DNA of 63,812 nucleotides from Paraspadella gotoi (lineage: Eukaryota; Animalia; Chaetognatha): assembly GCA_051294375.1 (NCBI GenBank), contig CM119265.1, positions 7,884,629-7,948,440 on the forward strand, in the 5' to 3' direction. The position numbers were made by a program, and so were the translations under genes. Shown here in pieces: positions 37,450 to 51,307 of the stretch (positions within the stretch are counted from its first letter, which is position 1; every line of letters begins with the position of its first letter). The notes under the pieces are model-generated. The model had not been told where the DNA came from. It saw nothing but the letters and a program-made list of their open reading frames with translations, and did no database searches.

Positions 37450-40400
37450 ACAGAATACTAATGCTGAAAAAAAATAACCCGTTTTGTACCGGCCCTTTTT
37501 TCTTCTTTATTTTCATATTCGTATGCTATTGTCTTTCACCGAGCTACTTAACTTACGCAACACGATATCTTACCGCATTAATATAAGGCCAGGTTCCATT
37601 TCGTTTTCATTGTTTCTTATCAAGATAAAAAAAAATATTCGAATTCCATTTAGCGAGGCCAACGGCAATGTTCGATAAAAGGCGCGCGCATGCGCATGCG
37701 CGTAACGCCGTGTGAATCCAACGTAACAAATGTGCGAGTTGCGTGCATCGCATCTCTAAAATAAAAACTAACCCTGCTTGTAGTCCGCAAAGTCACGGGG
37801 ACGCACTCAGGGACGCACGCAAAAAACGCCGCGGCGCACACGCGACCTCCCCGCAGCGCCGCGAAGCACATGCCGCGGCGCATGCGGGCGACGCGCGCTC
37901 GTCGCAAGTTTTTGAAAGAAGATGATAAATCGAGAGAGGTCAGCCTTTTTATTCGCGGGTTTCGTCAACAGAAATCCGTTCGAACAAGAAAAAAAATTGA
38001 GGGAAGGAAAAAAANNNNNNNNNNNNNNNNNNNNNNNNNNNNNNNNNNNNNNNNNNNNNNNNNNNNNNNNNNNNNNNNNNNNNNNNNNNNNNNNNNNNNN
38101 NNNNNNNNNNNNNNNNNNNNNNNNNNNNNNNNNNNNNNNNNNNNNNNNNNNNNNNNNNNNNNNNNNTCTCTCTCTCCCTCCTCCCCTTTTCCATCGCTCG
38201 CTCTTTTATTTATGCAAAGTTTGAAGCTGAATTGAAAACATAAAATCAGGCCGAGCAGACGGTTTTTCCTCCCAACTGATCCTTACGATNNNNNNNNNNN
38301 NNNNNNNNNNNNNNNNNNNNNNNNNNNNNNNNNNNNNNNNNNNNNNNNNNNNNNNNNNNNNNNNNNNNNNNNNNNNNNNNNNNNNNNNNNNNNNNNNNNN
38401 NNNNNNNNNNNNNNNNNNNNNNNNNNNNNNNNNNNNNNNNNNNNNNNNNNNNNNNNNNNNNNNNNNNNNNNNNNNNNNNNNNNNNNNNNNNNNNNNNNNN
38501 NNNNNNNNNNNNNNNNNNNNNNNNNNNNNNNNNNNNNNNNNNNNNNNNNNNNNNNNNNNNNNNNNNNNNNNNNGGGGAAGAGGAGGAATTAAATCACTGT
38601 AAATCACCATAGCAACGCCCATGGCGTTACAAGGGTCGCAAAAAGAAAAAGAACAAACTGCGGGCGGGTTAGAGAGGCGAGNNNNNNNNNNNNNNNNNNN
38701 NNNNNNGGAGGAAGGAGGGGAAGAGAGAGGAGAGTCGCGGTCCGGAAGGTAAGAGAGGAGGCGGGCGAGAAACGAGGGAGAGGAGCGGGAAGAGGCGAGC
38801 GGAGACGCAGAGAAGAGGAGCACAATGAAACATCCCCCACGGTTCAAACACCATTTAAACACCAGACCGCAGAGCCGATGCAGAGCACACAGGCCCGAAT
38901 GCCGGACCGGCCCCGTCAAAAACTGTTGATTCTTTATTCCATCTTGATCTTAACAATTCCAGTCGTCCGGTCGCGGAGAAGAAACACTGAGCCGGTTTCC
39001 TGGGTGATAACCAATAGGATCCAAACTCTGTCAACATCCACTGTGTAGTGGGTACAATAAGATTTACACACTAGCTCAGTCCCTATTTCTTCTTCAGCGT
39101 CCCGGACTACATCATATCTTCCATTTCGATCAAGAAAAATCTTTTCACTTCACTCTCGCAAGTCGGTCCACCCTATCGACAAAAACCACTTCAAAAATTT
39201 TCAACAGCCCGCCCCCGTCTCCAACCACGCCCCAACCCCCCTAAAAACTTCCTTTACACAACCCACTGTCGCCCCATATATACTTTTTCAACTCCTTTGC
39301 TGAAAAAAACCCCACCTCCTATTCCTCATTTGAACCACCTTCAAAAGCTCACCTGGCCACCCGGTTGTCGCGCAAACCCGATTGCCATTGTCCGTACCGG
39401 GGGTCATCCCTTTCTTCTTATTTCATGATCGTATGGCATTTAATTGCTATGAAGAGTCTAGTGCAACCGAGCCTTACTAACGTTACGCGTGAAAACCAAG
39501 CGAAAACTCATTCATCGATACATCTCCTTCTCTCTTACTCTCTCGCTCTCTCCCTCCATGTCTCTTCTTACTCTCTTCTCTCAAGGCCAGTTCCAGTTCG
39601 TTTTCTTTGGTCCCCTTCAAGATAATTAAAAAAAATTAATATTCGAATCTCCACTTTAGCGATCTGGTGCGCCTCCTCTTCCTCGCCCAACGGCAATGTC
39701 CGCATACATAAGGCGCGCCGCCTCTCCCTCCCCTCCTTATGCGTCATGCGCTTCCTGTTATACGCCTTGGTCTCCTGCTTCCCTATTGTTGATCTCAACC
39801 CGTAACAATCATTCTCTCTGCTTTCTCTGCTCCCGCAGTTGCGCCTGCCCCATCGGCATCTCTAAAATAAAACCCCAACTAACCCTGCTTGGTAGTCCGC
39901 AAATTACCGGTTGCGATCGCACTTTCAGGGCACGCACGCAAAAAACGCGCCGCCGCCGCACGCTCGCACCTCCCCGGCCTAGCTGCTCCCTCTCGTGCTC
40001 TCCTAAGCACATGCCGACGGCACTACTGCGGGCGACGCCTCTTTGCGCTTCGTCCGCAAGTTTTTTGACAAAGAAGCCTATGGATACAATCGTACGTCAT
40101 CTACTCTCTCCTCCTCCTGCTCCCTCCTACCTACTCAGCAGTAATAATTTAGTGTACAGGTCTTTTGTATTTTCTGCGGGTGTCGGGTATCCAATAGAAT
40201 ATACCGGTGTGCGTGAACTAAGAAAAAAAAATTGAGGGGAAGAGAGAAAAAACTTTAATGTCTTGTAATGTCATGAATTATTATGTAATATAAGTACGTC
40301 CCATCTTACTGCATCGTAACGAAAGTAACTACTCTAACGACTCATATCATCTACTAACAATCAAATACATCTACTCTCTCTCTCCTCGTGCATCGTCGTG

Positions 40401-40650
40401 GTGGTCGCGTACTCATCTCTCGTCTCGCTCTCTCGTGCATCATAACTTCATCATCGTCTTCTACGCTCGATAGCTCCGCGAATATCATGGAATCCAATAA
40501 CTGACTACTCAGATGAAACTGATATAGTATTTAAGTGTCAAGAGATAGTTGTATATATGCTAGAATAAAGTTGAAGAAAAACATAGAGGTCATGGGCGAG
40601 CAGGACTCGGTGTTATATGTCCATAGATAGACACGCACTTATCTCTTCAT
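37450..40650. repeat. Direct duplicate: 37450-38290 repeated as a heavily insertion-corrupted copy at ~39370-40650 (raw long-read-like)
   Basis: Shared anchors aaggccag.ttcc, caacggcaatgt, gcatctctaaaataaaa, gcacgcaaaaaacgc, aaaaaaaattgaggg. Confidence 0.8.
37680..37905. promoter_or_regulatory. CpG-rich patch with tandem NRF1-type GCGCATGCGC motifs
   Basis: gcgcgcgcatgcgcatgcgcg at 37682-37702, ggcgcatgcggg at 37877; a similar motif lies at ~17209. Confidence 0.4.
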
Positions 40651-43600
40651 TAGAACTCGAGATGAATAGAGAGAAGAAAAAAGAAACGAGCTGAATAAAA
40701 ACAAAAAGCCTCATGTGTTTGGTAATTCTAACGTATACCCCATTATCTCAAAAGTAATAAATGGCCATTTAATGAAGGAGATAGTAGTGTTTAATTTTTG
40801 TGCCTGGCTCTCTCAATATCATCGAGCTGCTAGAAGGGGTAGTTCAATATAGAATAACTGAGAGAAAATTTATATTCAGTTGTTGTACTCTCAGAAAAAG
40901 AGAACCGATAACAAGGGAAAATCTGTGGCCCTTAGTACTGATGTGATGATTTACTGTCAACTCGATAAGATAAAATCCCGACCAGTAGCAACGCGAGACG
41001 TGGCGAAGTGTGACGAAAGTGAGTTCGAGCGAAAAATGAAGAAGAAGGAACAAGTAGCGGGGAGGCAGGAGGAGAGGAGGAGGATGAGATAAGAGAGACG
41101 AGGGAGAGGTGGGGAGAAGAGAGCAGAGAGAGAGAGAGAGAGCGAGAAAGAGAGAGAGAAGAGGAGAGGAGAGAGAGAGAGAGAGAAGAGGGAGGAGAAG
41201 AGAGACGAGGGAGAGAGAGGAGAGAGAAGGAGAGAAAGAGAGATGAGGGAGAAGAGGGTTAACGTGTCGAGGAGAGAAGAAGAGAGATGGTAAGAATTGT
41301 GCGAGGAATTTGGCGGCTCTGCGTTTGGCTGGGTGTGTTGCCTGGTAACAGGGGGGGAGAGGCAGGGAAGACGGGTAAGTGGAACGACGGCAGCTGCGAC
41401 GGCTGCAGCGGCGGCGGCGGCGGCGTCGGGCGAACAATGTTTGGACCTTGAATGACTGGTGAATACAGATTGGAAAGAGTCGCGACCCCTGGGGAGGCAG
41501 GGGCGTGAGCGCGCCGAACAGCGACTTGAGATATGGGTTATAAAAACACAGTGGAACATTGCGGTTTATGGGGGGAAAAAAGAAAAGGAAGGAGTGAAAA
41601 GGAAAAGAGGAAAAAGAAAAAAGGAAGGAGTGAAAGGAAAAAGGGAAAAAAAGGAGGCAGAAGAAAAAAGGAGGAGGAAAGTGAAAAAGAAATGAAAATG
41701 AGAGAAAAAATGGAATGCGAAAAGGAAGGCAAAAAAAGGGGGGAAGGGAAAGGAGAAATGAAGGCAAGAAAGAGGAAAGAAAGACAAAATAAAATATGAA
41801 GAAATAAGTAACAAAAAATGGAGGAAAGAAAAAAAAAGGAAAAAGGGTGAATGAATCTGAATAAGAAATGTGATTCTTCGGTTAAAAGTTTTTAAAAAAA
41901 TCGTCTTTAAACCTATGACCGTATGACGGTTACTTTCAACCATGAAGATTTTTTTATTTCTCAGTTTGTAAAAATCCACGAAACAAAAAAAATATAAAGA
42001 AGTTACAAAGATAAAGAGAAAAACATAAAGAGAAACAAAACATTAAAGAAAAACAAAAGAGAGAGTAAAAGTACCAGTNNNNNNNNNNNNNNNNNNNNNN
42101 NNNGCTTTTAATTTCTTCCTTTCCTTCACTCCGTTATTTTTCCTTCCTCCATTTCCCCTCCCGATTATTTTCTTTCCCTTTTCCTACTCTCCCCCCGTCT
42201 TTATTCCTTCTTCCTCTCCTTCTCTGCTTTATTTCTTTTTATCCTTTCTTTCCTCGCTTATTTCCCTTTATTTCCCTTTCTCGTTATTTTTCTTTTCTTT
42301 CTTTCTGCCTGTATTTCCGTTCACCTTTTCACTTATCGACCTTATTTTTTCTTCTTTATCTTATGCTATTTTTTTTCTTTACTCGTTTAATTTCTTTCAC
42401 TTTTTTCACTCTTATATTTCTTCTTTATCTTTCTTGTTTATTATTTTTTTTCTTTTGTTTTCTTTTTTTTCTTTTCGTTTATTTTTTTTTCTTTCACTTA
42501 TTCCTTTGTTTCTTCTCTTTTATTTTCTTTTCTACAAAATCGAACTGGTTTCGTAAAAATGTTTCATTTCTCTTTTCGAGATTTTTTCTCCTTGGCAATT
42601 TGGAGGGGAGGAGAAGGAGGCAAAATAAATAAAAAAAGTTAACAAAGATAAAAAGAGAACCATAAGAGAAACATTAAAGAAGAGTATACAGTGGTTATTT
42701 GTTTCCGTGGATTCTTTAACAGAACTGAAAGAATAATCAAAAAAAAAAAGATATTAATGTTACCCATGGTATATCACTTCTCGGGTGAGGAGAGCACAGA
42801 GAATTTAGGTTATATGAACGTTTTTTTATTTAGTCATATATAGGAAATATCCGATAAATCATTTTTACCATTTTCATGCTTACTATTAAGAATCTTTTAA
42901 CCTATAATTTTATTTTCTCCTTTTATTATATAGAAGGATAGTGAAAAGTCCTTCCTTACGACCTCTTATTCAAAAAATCTCATTGTTTTTAACCTTGATA
43001 TAACCCTGTTAATATATAACATTCTTCAATACTATATATATACTGAAATCCTTCTGATTAGTCTTGTTATGCGCCCTCATATTTCCTCCTATTTGCGAGT
43101 CAGCTCTACAATTACAACCTCAGCGACTCTATCCTATTTTTAAAATGTTTTCTTCTCCTTTTTTCCGTGCTGCTTTACAGTCTCTGTCCTACTGCTCTCC
43201 CGACAGTTCGAGACGATTCAGTTCGTCCCTTGCTCATATATATAAATTGGTTCTCTCGACATAGTCTTTAACCTACTTTCTCTTTCTCTTCAGCGACTTA
43301 CCGCTACCCTCTGTCGTCTATCAGACATCAAGAGTACATTTATCATCCCAACCACTTTTCCACCATCAGATAGAGAAACACCTCGCCTTACTCTATTTCG
43401 AAGCACGAGTTATATATATCTATGAGCTTCTTTAGTTTACTGGTCCTAAGTCACAAAGATAAGCTGTTTTTACCATGACTTTGATATCCTGTGCCATGAG
43501 AGCGTTAAATGTATACATTGCATCATGATCCTCTTTTTTTTCTCTCTCTTCTCTTCCTGCTCTAACTCCTTCTCTTCCTCTCTCTCTCTTCCTTTTCTCT

Positions 43601-45194
43601 CTTTTTATTACCACTTCTCTCATCTCTGCCTCTGCAATATCTCTGTCGACTTTTTCACTAACATAACACTCTCTTCTATTTTATCACTTAACTTCTCTCT
43701 TCACTACTTTTTATATCGTTAATGCCCCTGCCACTATTCCTAGTGAGACGTTAGCTCTGGCGTAGTGCGCAAATCTGCGATTAAATCTCACGTAAGAAAC
43801 CTGGTATATATTAAAAATAAATCGTTCTCTTTCCTTTTGTCGACTCATGACTACTAGATCCGCCTTGTTTAATTCAAGTCACAAGACTATACGACGACCC
43901 GAAGACGAAACTGAATCACACTGACACGACGACGTTCCGCACTAGCCTCTTTCCACCATTTCCCGCCCAACTGGGTCGATTATCGTGCAAGCGTGCTCAA
44001 CACACAAATTTACCGCCACGAAGTGACGACCGCGACCTCTCCAGCATGTCACGCCCCATCATTAGACTCTATCTCTCGTGCAGATCTCGCGCGCTTTCCT
44101 CCTCCTGAATCACCAACGAGTGCCGGCCCAGATGTATTCTCTGAATCCGCCAACCATACCGAGAGGACCACCATGATCTCAATCTGCCCTCCTGATACTC
44201 TCTGAACGTATCCTCAGTGCTGTTATATATGGAAACACCACACTCACCACATCCACCTATACTATATAGCATACAAACATTCTCGCCGCTTACCCGACTA
44301 ACCGGCCTGCATCTCTGCTTCTCATCTTCTTCTTTCCTCCACACTAATAATAATATTATATACATACATCCCCCTCTCCAGTATATTACACTCAATATTT
44401 AACACTACTACATAACCATTTTTATACAAGCACATCTCTTTTTTCATCTTTTAATTTCTCCGCTTTTTTTCTCTCTCTTCTTTTTCTCCTCCCCCTCTTG
44501 ACTATTACGAACAACCCTTCTACTTCTCCCTGTCTAATCTCTAACACGCACAGCAAAATTTCTCCTCTCTTTTTCCTTGCCATGAATGTTTCCCGTCGTT
44601 CACTTCTGTGTTTCCTTTAATTTCTTCCCCTAATTCCTTCTTTTTTTCCTTTTCTAATTGATCTCCTTTATTGCTCTCCTCTCTTTTCTCCTTTAAGGGG
44701 AGGGAAGGGAGGAAAGGAAAGATAAAGTTTGGGTAGAAGGATAGTGGTTGAACTTAGAAATTGAAAGCTTTGATACAGGGGAAGAAGGGAAAAAGAGATA
44801 ATATAAATCGGTTGCAGGAAAAAAAAAAAGATAAAAAGTTAAAAGAGATAAAAAAGAGAAAAAAATTGAAGCGGTACAAGAATAAGAGGAAAATTATAAA
44901 ATCGTGAAAAAAGATTAAATCGAAGAAAAGTCCTTTCTACTTTTCAGACTTATAAAAACTCACTCGGCTCACTTCTCATCTTCGCCTATTCACTCCCCGT
45001 CCTTTCACGTCCTCACCCTCAATCACCTCCGAAAATCACGAATTCGCCTCACGTCGACTCGATCCTCATCCACGGAACTCACGCGGCGTCGAAGGCCGGA
45101 GTCGAGAGAGGGACCCGCCGCCGCCGCCGCCGCAAACGCAGCCTTTGCCCCCTACCCGCCCGCCCCATCAACCCCGCGGGTGGCGACGAAAAGG

Positions 45195-45315
45195 GCCGTG
45201 ACGTCATCGTACCGACCAATCGGATAGCGAGATAACGTCAAGTCGCGAGGTCGACGGCATTAATTCAGCCAATCAGCAGGCGGAATTAACGTCAGACTAG
45301 GCCAATCAGATGGCG
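45195..45315. promoter_or_regulatory. Promoter-like cluster: CRE (TGACGTCA 45199-45206), three CCAAT boxes (45216, 45269, 45302) and two AACGTCA half-sites in a CpG-rich island
   Basis: NF-Y-type contexts gaCCAATcg, agCCAATcag, ggCCAATcag; spacing 53 and 33 bp. Confidence 0.7.
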
Positions 45316-45814
45316 AGGTCGAGGAAAACGGAGACAAATCAAATCTTATTTTGATGAAGAGTCACGACGACGATGACGATGGCGACGACAAGCTCAGATC
45401 GCCGTAAAGATGGTGAAGTTACTTGTTAAGACTTCGTCGTAAAGGCTGACGAAGCTTCGTCATAGACGCTAATACAGTTGTCTTCGATAATATTTTGTTA
45501 TTTCAAGTTAAAAATGCTTGGTAGAGAAAGCAGAGAAATGGATTTGTAGGAGGTTTGCTTCGCTGAGTGAAACTCGGTCGCATTCAGTTGATTATTTAGA
45601 GCAGACATCGGTTTAAAAACATCGTCATTGAGACTATGATGTTTAATTTTGAAAAAAAAACTTTGTGCTGTAAATTACCCATAATCAACTACAGCAATAA
45701 ACAAAAACAACAACAACAAAAATAAAAAACAGTAAAAACAAACAACAAACAAAAACCACAAATTGACTATTTTTAAAGTTTTCTAAAGCGAACTTTTCTG
45801 CTTTATCAACACTT

Positions 45815-45905
45815 TCACCCACACTTACGCCCACACCTTCACCCACACATACACCCACACCTTCACCCACACATACACCCACACCTCCGCCCACACATCC
45901 ACATC
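45815..45905 (+). repeat. 24-bp (2x12) tandem repeat ACCCACACATACACCCACACCTTC
   Basis: About 3.5 copies. Confidence 0.85.
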
Positions 45906-46014
45906 CACGACATTCGAAACTTGACGACTGATAATTGTCCTCGTCGGGTCGAGGATCGACGACGGAAGAATCTCGAAGGGTCGACGCCAAAGTTGCGACA
46001 AAATGGCGATTGAT

Positions 46015-46064
<50 letters not shown>

Positions 46065-46084
46065 TCTCTCTCTCTCTCTCTCTT

Positions 46085-46132
<48 letters not shown>

Positions 46133-46902
46133 TTCCATTCTCGCCCGATGCACGTACGGCGATCGACGGTCCTGACTTCGAAATGTGTGTCGCCTTATTC
46201 CGACCCAACGTCACGAGAGGGCAATAGATGGCCGGTCTGCGCGCGGGGCGTCCAAAGGGGAGGTTGAGGAGCTGAGGGGGCCAGAAACGCGCCGGCGCCG
46301 GCGTCGAATTCCGATGTTTACGGCCGCCGAAGGGAAAATTTAAACGAATCTCCGTCGAGGTCATCGAGAGAAGAGAGATGGAGAGAGAGAGAGAAGAGAG
46401 AGAGAGAGTAGAGAATGGATGTGAAACGGGAAGGAGTTCTTCGCCCTCTCGTGAACTATCTTCGCCACTCCCGATTGACAAACTCTTTTGGTCCAGGGAG
46501 GATCTCTGATGAAAGCAGACAGACAATATAGACAAACAGCTACGCTCATTTCCAAAACTATTTAAAATACTTATACATAAGTAGATAAATAGAAATAAAA
46601 GACACCTCTTGTTTGAAAAGTTTGCAGAGACCTGCAAGAGTGATGGAGTGCCTGAAACCGCGGGCAAAGGGCAAAGGCCAAGGCAAGGGCAAGGGCAAGG
46701 CAAGCAGCAAGGGCACAGGGCATAGGCAAGGCATGATAGCGTTATTTATTATAATGATTCAGAGTCAGTAGTATAGTCAAACGAATGTTTAAAAGTTGTT
46801 ACGTTGTAAAAATGATAATACGATAAAATGCTTGCGCAAATAAATTTAGACGTTTCTTTTTACATCTCTATTTACGGTCAACACAGACGGAAGAGGGAAA
46901 TA

Positions 46903-46962
<60 letters not shown>

Positions 46963-47109
46963 GAGAGAGAGGAGAGGACGGAGAGAGAGAGAGACACGAG
47001 AGAGAGAGAGAGAGAGAGAGAGATGAGGATGATAGAGAGATGAGATGGGAGAAAAAAAACAGAGGAATAAAGATCCGAGGTGAAGAACTATTAAAGACCT
47101 TCCGAAAAT

Positions 47110-49065
47110 CTTATACCATTCATAATAATTTTCTCTATGAAAAATCGAACATTCGTCGTTTGTGCCAAAAAAAATAATTGTACAGTTAACATGCTTGACC
47201 AACTTTTGAAAAAAATGAAAAAAAGGGTAAAAATGGACTTTTTGCTAACTATCTTTAAAAAGCTTTATTGCTAGAGGGACGAAACCCAAACTATCTTGTA
47301 GAGTGGAAAAATTGACTATGTTACAATACCTCGCATTTATAAATTAAGTTAGGTTTTTACTAAGGAAATTTTTTTTAAAAAAACCTATTGTTTTGGGTCA
47401 ATTTGATAAAATTTTTAAAATTATATTTTTAACAATGTTCTGTGAAATTTTTTGTAAAAAAATTATGGCGAATTGAATAAAGAAATAATTGCCTTTGTTT
47501 TGCTGAAAGAATTTTTAAAAAGGATTATCGCGGTTAAAGAGTTATAATTTTTTTTAAATTAAAAAAAAAATCACTTTTCTTAATAATTATTTTTATTTAA
47601 TAGTTTGAACTAAGCATAAAGGGAAAAAGGAGATGCACTCTTTTTTCAGAGTAAATAAAAAAATAGTAAATTCTGATTTGACAATGGGTAACTTTAATAT
47701 TTGTCTCACCCAGGTCATTAAAGTTTTTTTTTAAATTTTTACATTTTATAATCGAATTATGACTTTTTTAATAAGGTAGTTTTTTTCTTTTTTTTCTATA
47801 TAAAAGAAAAGAAAATATTGACAAAAAGCGATTAAATGATTAAAAATTGATAAAATGAGACAAAAAAAGCAACTGAGAGAAGAGTTGCTTGCTGCTATAT
47901 GATCGAGAAAAAAAAAGTCATCTAGAGTGCCAAAGAAAAAAAACTAGTTATTCTATTTTTTTTCATAAATTACCTTTGTTAAGCTAGTTCTCCAGAATTA
48001 TTAATTTGTGGTTTAAATATATTGCTTAATCAAAAGTTGTAAAAGACTTGGAAAAATATATAAAGCTTGCTTGATAAATTTAAGAATAGATCCGACTTGT
48101 TGATAAATTCATCAACTATACAAGATATGAAGATGAATAAAAAATCAAGATGAATTAAAAAATTATATTTTAAAACTAAATCAACTATTTACAATAGACT
48201 TAATTATTAACTATTAAATCATGAATAGATAACAAAAAAATAGAATAACTAGTTTTCTTTCTTTGCACTAAAACCTTTTTTTTCTGGACCGGCAAGCAGC
48301 AAGCAACTTTTCTCAGTTTTTAACTTTCATTAATTTTACTCTTGTTCCATTTATCAATTTTTAATCATTTAATCGCTTTTGTCAATTTTTCTTTTCTTTT
48401 ATATAGAAAAAAAAAGAAAAAAACTACCTTATTTAAAGTCATAATTCCATTATAAAATGATAAAATTTAAAAAAAACTTTAATGACCTGGTGAGACAAAA
48501 ATATTAAAGTTACCCATTGTCAAATCAGAATTTACTATTTTTTTATTTACTCTAAAAAAGTGCATTCCCTTTTCCCTTTAGCTTAGTTCAAAACCTATTA
48601 AATAAAAATATATTATTAAGAAAAGTGATTTTTTTTTAATTTTAAAAAAATTATAACTCTTTAACCGATAATCCTTTTTTAAAAAATTCTTTCAGCAAAA
48701 CAAAGGCAATTATTTCTTTATCAATTCGCCATAATTTTTTGTACAAAATATTTTCACGAACATTGTTAAAAATTATTCATTTTTTAAAATTTTATCAAAA
48801 ATTGACCAAAACAATAGGTTTTAAAAAAAAATTTTCCTTAGTAAAAACTAACTTAATTTATAAAGCGAGGTATGTAACATAGTCAATTTTTTCCACTCTA
48901 CAAGATAGTTTGGGTTTGTCCCTCTAGCAATAAAGCTTTTAAAGAGATATTAGCAAAAAGTCCTTTTATACCATTTTTTTTTCATTTTTCAAGTTGGCAG
49001 CATTTACTGTAAATTTTTTTTTGAAAAAAAATGTTCAAAAAATTCATATGATGTATGGGCACCTT
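47110..49065. mobile_element. AT-rich fold-back element: ~830-bp imperfect inverted arms (~47110-47970 and ~48230-49065) around a ~260-bp spacer
   Basis: For example, gctagagggacgaaacccaaactatcttgtagagtgg (47270-) is mirrored at 48893-48928; the match continues throughout with small indels. No ORF. Confidence 0.7.
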
Positions 49066-49594
49066 TTACCAATACTCGTCTTTTTTGATTTCAAAACTTT
49101 TCATATATGGCAAGTCTAATATATATAAAGTAGAAAGAAAAATAAATGGATTCGAATTAACAGAACCAAGAATCCAACGACCGGTAGCGACGACGACAAC
49201 AACAACAACAACAACAACAACAACCACGACGAAAAAAAAATCGACGATGATTTTTATCGATCCGTCGGTGAGGATTGATTATCGGGAATAATATGTGAGA
49301 GAGAGAGAAAGAGGGGAGAGAGAGAGAGAGAGAGAGAGAGAAGAGAAGAGAGAGAGAGAGAGGGGGGGTATTAATATATAATATTATAATATATTTTAAT
49401 ATAATTAGAACAAGAAAGTAGCTCAATTTTCGAATTCGACTTTGTTTTCGCTTGCACACTCGTACACGCAGTAACACACACGGAAAACGAAGTCTCGCGC
49501 AGTGCGGCTGACGGGTTGACGGACGCCGTTGGCGCGTCACTTCACGTTCCATTTCGTGAGCGCTCCATGGGCGTGTGCCCTTGAAGAAGAGAGG

Positions 49595-49636
<42 letters not shown>

Positions 49637-49683
49637 GAGAGACGCAGAGACTGCGAAGGTCAGAGAGAGATGTGACGATGAGA

Positions 49684-49757
<74 letters not shown>

Positions 49758-49946
49758 TGAAGAGAGAAAGAGAGAGAGAAGAAGAGAAAGACGAGAGAGA
49801 GAGAGAAAAAGAGGCTCGACACGAGTGCTCATCACTCATTTATTTGCCTTCGTTCCATTGAATGTCGAAACCCAAAGAATTTTCCCGCAATTTAGTCAAT
49901 GCTCAGTTGACCCGAGACGGAAGAGAGTGAGAGGGAGAGAAGCGGA

Positions 49947-50027
<81 letters not shown>

Positions 50028-50639
50028 ATAAAGCATTGAGATTTTAAAGGCGTAAAAATGGGAAATAAAAATAAAACAATCAACTTTCCAGTATATTTGC
50101 TTATTAAAAGACCTCTATGTATATAAAAAATAATAATAAATCTTTATTCAGCGTTTGTAGTGCTACCGTGTTTGTAGGGCCCCTTACATTGATTTTTTGG
50201 TCCTAACTTCACTTTTAAATTTGATATTAAATTAACATCAAATATCTTTTTTAGGTTAGGGCGAATACATATTTTCATAATAGTATGAAAAGTAAATATT
50301 TCAAGTAAAGTTGGTTTTCTGAACTCGCATTGTCATTGTCTCTTTTAAATTTATTCATTAAACCGTGTTTTTACGTTATTTTAACAATTTTGTAATCAAT
50401 TACAAACACCTTCCGGGCCTCTCAACCGTCAACTCGAAACGTAAAAAAAATAACAAACTGCAATGAAAATGTAAAGAGAAAAATTTTCCTGTAACGTCTC
50501 TTGTCAGTTTCACTCTTTCTTTGCCTACTTATGTGTGATCCTTGCCATCAACGCTTTGAACTCACCCTTTCCTTACTTTATTCCCTTCGGACCCTTTCCC
50601 CCCCCATCCGCCCCCCTCTCCCTTTTTCCAATCGACGAA

Positions 50640-50746
50640 TGACGTCACTCGACGTCAAAACAATCTCCATCGCAATCTCGGTCATTGTGTCATATTAGCA
50701 CATGACATGACGTCATGGTGTCATATTAGCACATGACATGACGTCT
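50640..50746. promoter_or_regulatory. CRE/E-box cluster with 31-bp-period duplication (GTGTCATATTAGCACATGACATGACGTC x2)
   Basis: TGACGTCA at 50640 and 50708; duplicated unit at 50687 and 50718; ~2.2 kb upstream of the Cys-rich gene. Confidence 0.5.
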
Positions 50747-50773
50747 TATCATCGAGGACTGAATTTAATCTCT

Positions 50774-50835
<62 letters not shown>

Positions 50836-50941
50836 TTTTTTTTATTCTTCACTCTCTCTTTACCCCTATCTGTTGTTTTCATTCTTTCCTCCCGTCAATC
50901 CCCTTCCTCTACCTATCTTTTCTCCACTTAACCTCTTCTCT

Positions 50942-50991
<50 letters not shown>

Positions 50992-51263
50992 TCTCTCTCC
51001 TTCTCTCTCTTTCTCTCTACCTCCTATCTCTTTCCTCTCTTTTCTTTCCTCATCTCATTTTCCGCTTCTCTTCTCCGCCTTCGCTTCCGATTATTTTTAG
51101 TGACTGCGCGCAGAGAGAGAGAAGAGGGAGAGAGAGAGAGAGAGAGTCAGCTTTTACGGCGACGACGAATTCGCCCGGACGTTCTCGTCTCTGAGTCTCC
51201 GAGTCTGTGCGACTCTGTCCGAGTCTGTCTGTCCTTATGTTTGTCTTTATATTTGAAGCGGTT

Positions 51264-51307
<44 letters not shown>

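Noticed and set aside
39606-39620. 15-nt match to miR-133-3p (TTTGGTCCCCTTCAA)
   Set aside because: Lies in a corrupted duplicate; the cleaner copy at ~37605 lacks it, the 3' end does not match and no hairpin is seen.
38900-44650. ORFs in the 39-44.6 kb region
   Set aside because: The sequence looks like unpolished insertion-rich read data; translations are unreliable and no motifs were recognised.
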